From Octopus bimaculoides (taxonomy: Eukaryota), in the NCBI RefSeq assembly GCF_001194135.2, contig NC_068985.1, forward strand, positions 37,833,685 through 37,897,684: DNA of 64,000 nucleotides. The letters are read 5' to 3'. The position numbers and the translations under genes are program-made. Under the pieces are notes generated by a model. It saw only the letters and a program-made list of their open reading frames with translations. It did no database searches and was not told where the DNA came from. Positions 53,162 through 64,000 of this stretch are shown here, in pieces; the first letter of the stretch is position 1; each line of letters starts with the position of its first letter.

Positions 53162-53162
53162 G
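52866..53162. repeat. Compound trinucleotide array (ACT/GCT/ACG/TCT)
   Basis: In-register ACT, GCT and ACG blocks; explains the poly-T/A, poly-Y/C, poly-S and poly-V ORFs. Confidence 0.95.
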
Positions 53163-55572
53163 TCACTGTGAAGTGCTGTTACATAAATTAACATGAAATT
53201 TTGAAGTATCTGACCCTGAGTGTTGATCATATAGTGGTTGATACTGGTTATGGTAGCCTGTGGTTGCTCTACACACAACGATAATTTAGTTTGTGGGTGT
53301 ATGAAAGAGAGCAGAAGAGGAAAGGCGGGGATAGATGTTGTTTAGCTCCAGGTCAACCTTCTACGAACAAATCTATGATCTGATCAGAGGCATTCTAACC
53401 ATGACCACCACGGATTTTCAAACCTCATGTACATATTTCTATATAATCCGACATGCTCTTTTCAGAGAGGTTCGGCATGGTATTTTAAGAAATAGCTGGT
53501 CGAGTAACCCTATAAAAATCTCCCTCAATAGGCTCGTAAGGGATGCCAGTATATTTCACCCCCCCCCCTTCCACCACTACTACTACTACTACCAGTGCCG
53601 TTATTAGTAGTTGTGTGTAGTGGTGGTGGTGATGGTGACTATATGGATTGTCACGATCCAGTCAGTTAATTGTGTGTAATCATGGTGGTGTGATGATGGT
53701 AGAGATAGGCGGGGTAGAGTTAGGTGTGGTAGTTGGTACTAGTGGTGTGAGAACAGCAGCAGCGGTGGTTGTTATAGAGATAATGACGCCAGTATAACCA
53801 TGTTCCCTTGTGGCGTGCTTAAACTAACGTATCTGAATCGGAGGGAAAGTTAGTTCTCTTGCCTTTTACTCCAACACAATCTATTTCTCTCTCTCCCTCT
53901 CTCTCTCTGTCTCTCTCTCTCTCTCTTTATCTATCTATCTCACCGAATTCAGTTAATCTTTCCTTTGCAGTAATCATCAGTAGTTTCACTTATCTACATA
54001 TCTTTCTTCGTTTATCTATATATCTATTTTTATTTCTTTATTTTCGTCTATATCTTCTCTATCATATTGACGCTTTCTCTCATTTTCTTTCTATTTCTAC
54101 GAAACTTCGGTCAGCTGCAGACGGGACACTGATTAACTGTCTTCTGTTTTTCGTATGTAGTACATGGGCTAGCTTGTAATGTGTGTGTCTGTGTGTTTCT
54201 TAAATATATATATATATATTCTTTTTTTTTTCTGCTGTTCCGAAAGACAAATTCTTCAACGTTCTTTGTAGTATCGACAGCCCTTTAACGTTGATGTTTC
54301 TTTTTCACTCTTTACATCTAGACTCCAACAAGGACACTAGCACAAGCACACAACAGGCATACACACATGTACGCAAACCCTTCTACACATCATATAAGAC
54401 GTGTATATATATCCATAATTGTATATCTATATAATCACGCACGCATTTATATGTGTGATCGTATGTGTATGTACATGTGGAATGAAGGATGTCTCACAGA
54501 AGCCAGGAAATGTTGGCTGAATCAGCGAAATAAGCCTCAGGGTTAGCGGCCTTGTTTAAAGTGGTGGGGCGTGCCATACCCCTCCCTCTTAGCTTATGAC
54601 TCAACTTTTCATTAAGACGTTTTAGCGAGTCGCCTCTATGTTTACCGTCACAGCAACTTACTTGTCGGCTATTGTCGGCCATATTGTCTTCTTTTTAGAA
54701 TCTATGATGTCTTTTCTGGCCTCACACTCCTTTCCAACAACTCCTGACCCTCCCTCTCTCCCCCTCCCCCTCCCCTTCACGCCATCTCAGCAATGCCAAA
54801 ACCAATCNNNNNNNNNNNNNNNNNNNNNNNNNNNNTTTTCCGTATAATTCTTATTCCGTTTCCTCTTTCTTACAATTTTCCTTTCTCTTACAATCTCCTT
54901 GTCCTTATTCACCCCATAGTACCTTTAACTGTTCTCTACTACTACTACTATTACTACTACTATTTCCACAACGACGACGACCACCACCACCACCGTCGGC
55001 GGGCACAATCATCATATTTATCACCATCAACATCTCTCTTTATCTCGGATTCTCTCTCCGATAACAAACTTGATTGTCAATCTGTCTGTACTTTGTCACC
55101 TTCTCTCTATGCTGGTATTTTTTTTTTTGTTGTCTTTGTGTTTGTGTCTGTCAGTGTCCATAATAAACAGGATTAGGGAGAGAGAAATCCGATGTTAGGG
55201 AGGAAGGGAGAGAAAGAGAGAGAGACAAGGGAAAAATACTGAGGAGAAAAAAAAAGGACAGGGATAAGTGCGACGACAGTCAGGCAGACTGACAGAGGGA
55301 GAGAATAGATCAGAATCAAATGTGTGTGTAAGTGTGTGTGTGTATGTGTGTGAGTGAGAGAGAGAGAGAGAGAGAGAGAGGGGGAGAGAGAGAGAGAGAG
55401 AGAGAGCACGAGAGGGTGGAACAGAGGAACGTACCGAAAGTGAAGGCAAACAAATAGATAAGAATGATTTATTGATAATGACACGCCAAAAAACTTACAC
55501 ACACTGAGTTGCAGACAAATAGAAAGAGAAAATTAGTGTGTAAGTAAGCTTTGGAGAAGGATCAAGCGAAAA

Positions 55573-55617
<45 letters not shown>

Positions 55618-58389
55618 CAGATCGGCAAACAAATAAATAATAGTGATTTATAGCTAAATAATTAATTCATACAGATAGTGAAGAAAGAAAAGAAAAATAT
55701 AACGAAAAAGAAAAGATCTTCAAAAAATGGAAATATATAAAACATTGACTGAGTGAAAAGCGAGAGAGATGATGGGAGAAAAAGTAGGAAAGAAAGACGG
55801 GGGGAAATGTGGAATCTTTCATTGCAATGCACTTCAAAGTTGTTCAAAGTTAGCCGCAAGCTGCGAAGAATTTATCTGTACTCAATGACCCCCCTAGAAA
55901 ACTGGTTCTTTTCGCCATCCTTGTAACACACAGTGATGATGATAATTACGCTGCGTGTTGTGGCCAGATTTTTATGTCATTTATGGTTCTGCGTATTAAA
56001 GCCACGTGCTTCTTTTCGGAGTGGGTTGGGGGCGTCGATCGTAAGGATGTTGTTAGCGGCATTGTTCATTTTTGTGGCTGGACAAGCGATAGAAGTGTTT
56101 ACTGGTGGCTGTGCTGGTGTCCGTTTTGGGCCACTGATGCCGGTTGTTATAAGGTTAAGCAATCATATTCGTGATGAAAATTCGTGGCTTAGTTGTTCTA
56201 TGGCGGTTAGAGAGTCGTAGTAGTGGTGGTAGCAGTTTCTATGTTTTGCGGGTGTGTTAATTCTTGGTGGAAATAATAATGGAATTGCTGTTGATGCTTT
56301 ATATATTACTGTCGGCAATAAAATTATTCTTGTTAAATAAACAAATAAGGGTTCCCTAAATCATAAATCGCATCGAAAATAGTTGAACGTTACTCTCTGT
56401 CTCTCTCCTCCTCCCTCTCTCTTTGTCTGTCTGTCGGTCTGTCCATCCATCCATCCCTCCATTCACTCACTCACTCACACATTTTCAGACACAAATTAAT
56501 TGACAGTTACGTAGATGACTAGCAAGCAATATAGCCAGCTAGCTAAATAGCGAGTTAGATAGATTACACTATTTGCGTCTATCATTACACGTAGGTACGT
56601 TCTATCATTACTTAGTTATAGGCTCGTGTGTGCTGTCTGTGTTCGTGTATGTCTTCAATAAAATTTAAAGCGGTTCAGTGAACCGTTTCAGGTAGTCTGA
56701 GAGGTAGTTAAAAGATAAAAGGGGGTGAAGAAACGTTTAACAAAGTTGATGACGGGTGACGGTAAAGAAAGAAAGCTATGTAATATTAGAGAGATGGGTG
56801 TAAGAGAAACGTTAGAAAGAAGATAGGTTAGCATCCAGGTTTAAACATGTGTCTTATATTGAATCCAAGATAACAAGAATCAATTCCCACCTTAGATGTT
56901 ATTTTTAATGTTTAACATTTTCCATGGCGTCTTGGGCTAAATTTACGCATTTATATTTATACTGTTATCTATACCATCATCAATTATAAACGGCGATCGC
57001 TATTATAATGATAGTACTAGGGAGGTATTAGTTCGGTTGGTGGTAATGTGAATTACCGTAGTGTGAGGTTTAAGAGTATTGGGTGCAACTTCTGATCTAT
57101 TCTCACCCTCACTAAGACTTGAAATATTTTCTCTAAAAATTTTGCTACATTAAGGTTACCGATATTATTTGCCATTAGTCTGAAATGAGTGTTGGCATTG
57201 GAGGAAGCAGAAGCTCAACTCACACGTTCCGTTTTCACTTAATGTCTTAAACAGCTTCCGAGAGGTTTTCAAGATGTACATAATTTATAAATTATATATC
57301 AGTTTAAAGATAGAACCACATTGGTATTCCTCTGTCAAAAACTAGGCCAAGAGATAATTTAAAATTTAAGATTTTCGTATGTTTATGTGGGCTGGTCGTT
57401 CACTTTGCAACCAAGTCATTAGTTTGGATTTCACTATGCTGCATGTTTAGGCTTGTGTGGTACATGTTTAGAAGCAAGTTCTCCTCCAAGTTTTAGACAC
57501 AGGATCATCTTTTGAGGTCCTTAAGGTACTACAACGCCTGATCAGGGCTGAATAGAAGTAGCGGTGACTTAGAGATAACTCGATACTCCGTAAAACACCT
57601 GAGCTTCGGAACTGTAGTCTTACCACTAAATACGGTCAGATATCCTGCTCGGGATAGTATAAATATCAACCTTTATAGCAATACCATATTTTTCCCGTCT
57701 ACCTCGCCTTTTCTTTCATTTTCATAATTCTGTCTTATCCCATATTATAGCTTTTACACTACAATACACTTGCATGTGTGTGTACGTATGATATTCTCAC
57801 ACTGCCCATCTTTCTCTTTCCCAACAAATCTCTCGTTCAGTTAGATATTATCTGTCGCCGTTACACAAATACACGCACATCTCTGTTTCCTATCCAATTT
57901 CGTTTTGCTAGAATATGGACTATTTCACTATGGGCGTAATCCTAGATACGCTATCAATTCCATTATTTCATTCATGGATGTAAGAAGGCCTGCTAATCGG
58001 AGGCTATATAACTACAATTACCGTTTTTTCGTTTTATTTCAGATGATTTGATTTGATTTTTTTTTTATCAATGAACTTGATGCCAGATTTTGGTTCATGG
58101 GGAGGGTTGGCATATTGACATACAATCATTCAGTAACATAAGCTGCTGATTTCGTTGCCAAAGCCCTTCCCTAGTTTATAATTAGTAGAGGGGTCGATAA
58201 CTGACAAAAATGTATGAAGATTTTTTAACTATATGTAAATAATGTATTACACGTTAGGGTAAGAATTTATATTGTGGCTATTGGAGTTTTGTTTTGCGTA
58301 CGTCATTTATTTACTCAAATTTATGCGATTGGCACATTTTAGTTATTTCCCACAGCGTATGCTTATTTTCCAGCATTCTAATATTGATT

Positions 58390-58765
58390 TCAAATTTTGC
58401 TACAAGGCTAGGAGTTTAGGAGCAGGGGATAAGTCGATTACGTCGTCCCCAGTGCTCAACTGGTACTTATTGTATTGATCCAGCTAGGATGAAAGGCAAA
58501 GTCGACGTAGGTGGAAATTGAACTCAGAACATAGAGCCGGACGAAATGCCGCTAAGCATTTTGCCCAGTGTATTAACGATTCTGGCAAAAGGCCAACAAT
58601 TTCGAGGGAGTAAGTCGCTTACATTAACCCTAATACTCAATTCATATGTATTTTTTCGACCCCCAAAAGGATGAAAGGCAAAGTCGACCTCGATGCAATT
58701 TGAACTCAGAATGTAAAGACAGACGAAATGCCGCTAAGCATTTTACCCTGCGTGCTAACGATTCT
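58390..58765 (-). mobile_element. Head-to-tail pair of family A SINEs
   Basis: Two GGATGAAAGGCAAAGTCGAC..GAAATGCCGCTAAGCATTTT units at ~58490 and ~58670. Confidence 0.88.
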
Positions 58766-59562
58766 AATATTCTAATACTGATAGAAGGGAAATAGTTGTA
58801 AAGTAAAAGTCTTAGTGTTTCATATAATTATCACATATATAGGACGTGTAGTTCTTATTTAAATCGATATAGCTTTACTGCGAATCTTCTAAATACACAC
58901 CGGCACAGCCTCGGTAATCAGAAACATTTGTTAACAGGTCACATGTGCCATTCTGATTCTCGAATGAATGTAAGGAAACCTGTACATTAGAATTTTTTGC
59001 TTGGAATGCGTAGGATTTTCCTGTAAAATATAAATAAAAAAAATATAAAATTTGACAATTTAAGTATTGATAATTAAAATAGCGTGTTGAAAATAGACAT
59101 GCTGACAAGATTAGAAAAATGAGAGAGAGACGGAAACCAAGAACATGATTATTTGGTATACATTAAACTGATCAATAGACATGATTAAAATATAAATTCT
59201 ATAAATTAGCGAAGGGAGGAAAGTGCTTGTGTCTAGCCCTTCCTAATCTCGATGCAGTGGATATTTCGCTTGAGCTGTCAATATTATTTAGAATCGAGGG
59301 AATTCAAGAGTGTTGCAATTTCTCTCGTTCTATCTTTTCATCTCTCCACTTTCCTCTTCTAGTATTTTAGAACATCATTTCCCATTGCATCTTGTCCTAT
59401 AAACACGCGTTTGTCCTATATACACACGTCTTGTCCTATCCGTCCCAGAGCTGCACGACCTTTATTTTGTTTGTATATTGTGTATTTTATTTTATTTGTA
59501 TATTTATTTTGTACTCGTACCCACTACCTATGCCGTGCTTGTGTTTATATGTCGAGTTATAT

Positions 59563-59753
59563 ACTCTTTACTATTTTACTTGTTTCAGTCGAACAAATCG
59601 ACGCCAGGACTTATTTTTTGTAAGGCTAGTATTTATTCTGTCGGTCTCTTTTGCGGAACCGCTAAGTTACGGGGACGTAAACACATCCACATCGGTTTTC
59701 AAGCGATGCGGGTGGGGGACAAACACAGATGCATATATATATATATATATATA

Positions 59754-59824
<71 letters not shown>

Positions 59825-60126
59825 GCTAATGCATGACCCACATTAAACTCCTCACAGGTACCACGATCGAGACAAGGGTTTAACTATGGTCTATTCTTAG
59901 CACTTACTTAGCATTGCCTGCCACTCTTTGGGTCTTCTAGACACCAATACCTTTTACATAAATATATATACGACAGGCTTCTTTCAGTTTCCGTCTACGA
60001 AATCCACTCGCAAGGCTCTAGTCGGCTCGAGGCTATAGTAGAAGACACTTGCGCAAGGTGTCACGCAGTGGGACTGAACCCGCAACCATGTGGTTTGGAG
60101 GCAAACTTCTTACCACTGAACCACAC
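59563..60126 (-). mobile_element. Family B SINE with expanded (TA)n, a ~135-bp internal insertion and a small deletion
   Basis: Both halves match family B. Foreign sequence at 59822-59957. Confidence 0.85.
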
Positions 60127-63100
60127 CTGATGAATCACTCAATTCTTTTTAGAAGAGGACATATATATTATAATTTTACAAAAATGCTTTTGAAGTTTCA
60201 TCCTGCTAGCCTTCATCAGGTTCCTTTTAGAATTTATATAGTCTATTTGCGTATCTCTCCAACACTAACCAAAAAATGTCAAATAGTGGCGACTTTTGCT
60301 ATTACACTCTACCTCATATTCCTTAAACATTTCCCTAAAAACTGAAAAAGATGTCGCAAAATATTTTGCATTCAAATTTTGTCTGCGATACTGAAAGCGG
60401 AATAGAAATGATATGACATAGGAGAATGCAAAACATTAGTTCTAAAATAGAGGAACTAGAAGAGCATATTTATGGGAGAACTCATGGCGCAGAGTTAGAT
60501 GTAGGAAAGTGTTTATGAAGAATGCGCAACTTCGATCAATTGTAGGCAATTTCTTTATATTTCATTTTGATGTTTCTCCTCTCCTGTGCGACGGCTTAGG
60601 TATAAATACTAAATTTATAGACCGTTAAGATGAAGTAAAATGTAAACGCATCAATATTCGGTGTTGCTCGGAAAATATGCCAAGTCTCAGAATCGGGTTT
60701 TGCTAGATGAAGAGATAACTGTATTTTTATTGAACAGATTTCGATTCGGTGATTTGAAAACTATATTTACACTAGATTTAAGCTAAATGTAGATATTCTA
60801 CCATAGAAGCAGTGAAGTTTGATTTTTTTCTTATTTCATTTAATGAAATGTTGGATGTATCAAAAAGATATTTCGCTTTACGCTATAAAAATAACAGCGA
60901 AAAGCAGAATATCTGTTTGATATATTCAAGATTTCATTCATATAGGAAGAAAAAGTTATGAGACAAGTCTGTACACATCATGCATTCATTGGTATGTATG
61001 TGTATATGTACATGTGTGTATGCATAACATACTCACGAACATAGACATACACACATATATGTACACATGCGCGTGTGTATATGTATGTGTCTGAGTGAGT
61101 GTTTGTGCTTTCGTGCCTAAATCCATGTGTGTTTACATATATTTAGATATAATGTGAAAGTATTAAAGCTATCAATCTAAGAGAATAACAAACAACTATC
61201 AGTTAAATACCAAATTTATACTCCCATGAGACCTCGGGAATGAAGCAAAGAGCCTAGAAAAGAACGAAACCCTTAAGACTTAGCGCATTTGGAATATCTT
61301 TAGAAAGGGATTCGGATCGAGTTTCTGCTTTTTAAGAGATTTAGCCTCGAAAACCAGTTTAGCGGATAGCTAGAATTCAGGCGCAAGTCTGTTTAACATT
61401 TCAAGTACGTATACGATCGGATCACGCAGTTTTCGTTTTAACTCCTCCTCACGCCCCCCATTGCTGACAATGACCTCCAGATGTGATGTTATTACAAGGG
61501 AACTTAAAATAAAAGGCAGAGATGATCAGGATGAACTATATATCATAACATCAGGGAAGCACTACCAGAAAAAATTAATAACAGGAACAACTAGTGTAAC
61601 AAGCTATAACTATTATATTAGTAGTACCAGTTGAACGACATCAAACGATATACTTCCTAACAGCTAAAGAAGGAAAAGTGAAAATAGCAATAAGGATAAC
61701 AGTGCAAGCAAATATATATACATATATGTGTGTGTCTATCTGTCTGTCTGTTTAAATGTGTTTATATGTGAATGTGTGTTTATGTATGTATGTATGTATG
61801 TACTTATATATATATANNNNNNNNNNNNNNNNNNNNNNNNNNNNNNNNNNNNNNNNNNNNNNNNNNNNNNNNNNNNNNNNNNNNNNNNNNNNNNNNNNNN
61901 NNNNNNNNNNNNNNNNNNNNNNNNNNNNNNNNNNNNNNNNNNNNNNNNNNNNNNNNNNNNNNNNNNNNNNNNNNNNNNNNNNNNNNNNNNNNNNNNNNNN
62001 NNNNNNNNNNNNNNNNNNNNNNNNNNNNNNNNNNNNNNNNNNNNNNNNNNNNNNNNNNNNNNNNNNNNNNNNNNNNNNNNNNNNNNNNNNNNNNNNNNNN
62101 NNNNNNNNNNNNNNNNNNNNNNNNNNNNNNNNNNNNNNNNNNNNNNNNNNNNNNNNNNNNNNNNNNNNNNNNNNNNNNNNNNNNNNNNNNNNNNNNNNNN
62201 NNNNNNNNNNNNNNNNNNNNNNNNNNNNNNNNNNNNNNNNNNNNNNNNNNNNNNNNNNNNNNNNNNNNNNNNNNNNNNNNNNNNNNNNNNNNNNNNNNNN
62301 NNNNNNNNNNNNNNNNNNNNNNNNNNNNNNNNNNNNNNNNNNNNNNNNNNNNNNNNNNNNNNNNNNNNNNNNNNNNNNNNNNNNNNNNNNNNNNNNNNNN
62401 NNNNNNNNNNNNNNNNNNNNNNNNNNNNNNNNNNNNNNNNNNNNNNNNNNNNNNNNNNNNNNNNNNNNNNNNNNNNNNNNNNNNNNNNNNNNNNNNNNNN
62501 NNNNNNNNNNNNNNNNNNNNNNNNNNNNNNNNNNNCCTTCGCTTTTTGTGAGATATCGTTGGAAAGTATTAAAAACTCGCTACCGCATGGTTCTCAGTTA
62601 CACAAGTTGAAACTCTATCCAGCGACAGTCTTGCCTTTAAAATGCTGCAACATTTGGGAGTTTTCGTTAATTTGATAACGTAACATTTTAAGTATCTAAT
62701 AAGTCTTTTTTTCTTCGTTGGTCTCTTAATTGCAATCACATGAGGCAATGGTACAAAACAAGTGAGTAGTGGTGGATTAGTAAGGATAGTGGTGGCGGTA
62801 GTTTTGGTAGGAATGCCGCTTTTGATTGAAGTAGTCGAAGCTGCTGTTTAAGTAGCTTAGATTAGAGTTATGAGTGTTGGGTGGTGACGTGGGAAAACGA
62901 GCGAAAAGAAACTAGGGCAAAGATTGAGCTGTAAGTGTGCGACATTATGTAAAAGAACGGACGGAGTTCAAATGAATTATTCGGGTTTTCTCTTCGGTAA
63001 TTAACTTGATGAAAAATACACCATGCTTTTCATGCGACAAGCATAAGCTCAATCACACACACACACGTACGCAAATTATATTAATCTACCAGACACGTAT

Positions 63101-63303
63101 CCGTGTATATGTGTACTTGTATTTAGATATGCAGAACTATGTATACATTATACATAATGTGTAGCGGTGCATATAATATGGTACACGTGTATGTGTGTGT
63201 GTAAAGGTTTATGCAGAAATCCATTCGTCACGCATATTGTTAATCCAAATTTTAGTACATTTTCTCAGCATTCGTAGGTTATTAATCCGTGCTCACAGAA
63301 GCG

Positions 63304-63372
63304 ATGAGCTACAACAGTCTGTCCACTGTGTTTGGTATGATGGTCTTCTTGCTGACAAGCTGCATGTTGCCC
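63304..63372 (+). CDS. Candidate first coding exon encoding a signal-peptide-like segment
   Basis: ATG in GCGATGA context encodes MSYNSLSTVFGMMVFLLTSCMLP, followed by GTATGT (possible donor). Upstream TTTTCTCAG and TTCGTAG are possible acceptors. No homology evidence. Confidence 0.25.
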
Positions 63373-64000
63373 GTATGTGGGCTACATTATGTTTATTGAC
63401 TAATTGAATTAAAAGCTTACGAGATCAGTAGCCTGAATCCTAGGGTTAACAGAGCTCTTTCTATAACCATCAATCCATCTTGAGATCAACAATTGGAGAA
63501 TCAAAATACGTATTGTTATAATTTTATCGATTGCCATACAACTATAGAAAGAGATTCTAATTCGTCTCTTAACTTACTACGTATATCTATCAAATCTCTG
63601 ACAGATAGCTCCCCATCGTCTTTAAAATAGTAAACGAGGGACACTAGAAAATGTAAATCCTAGACAAAAAAGACGGGGTGGACATAGCTGGAATGTGTTT
63701 GATCACAGATCTATTCAATCAGTCGACGTAATACTAAAAAGCGACGACCACAATAGTAGAACGTCAACAATAGCAACACTCTGGGAAGTTGAGGTCACAG
63801 TTTCCTCGACTCCACTGCCAAGATATATCGTTTACTGAATCTTATTCGATTATATCAACCAGAATTTTCTTTGGTACTTAATTTATCGATCTTGTATGTG
63901 ACGGAAAACAAATCCTCTATATCAGAAATGATTAATTTTCTCGATAATCTAATGTTCTCTGTTTAACTTGGGCTCCCTCAAACATCCTTTCGACGAGACT

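Overview
This is AT-rich, repeat-dense eukaryotic genomic DNA with about 15 N-gaps. The repeat complement (tRNA-derived SINE families, compound TA/TG/TC microsatellites) points to an octopus or other coleoid cephalopod; that is recognition from memory, not a database result. No protein-coding gene can be firmly called. Nearly all ORFs in the supplied track are translations of microsatellites, N-runs or SINEs. The window holds at least three tRNA-derived SINE families (labelled A, B, C here, about 30 copies, often tandem or nested), a 5'-truncated RTE-type LINE end, a mariner remnant, a Tc2-like MITE, a hAT/Charlie-like MITE and a truncated tRNA-Asp pseudogene. The most interesting signal is a set of small hammerhead-ribozyme-like motifs of the Penelope-associated, short-stem-III type. 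One has a canonical core (41670-41715). Two copies of an A6U core variant sit in a (TA)n-associated repeat (17343-17379, 45264-45303), and two more are decayed (about 18712 and 60190). A few weak candidate exons are listed with low confidence.
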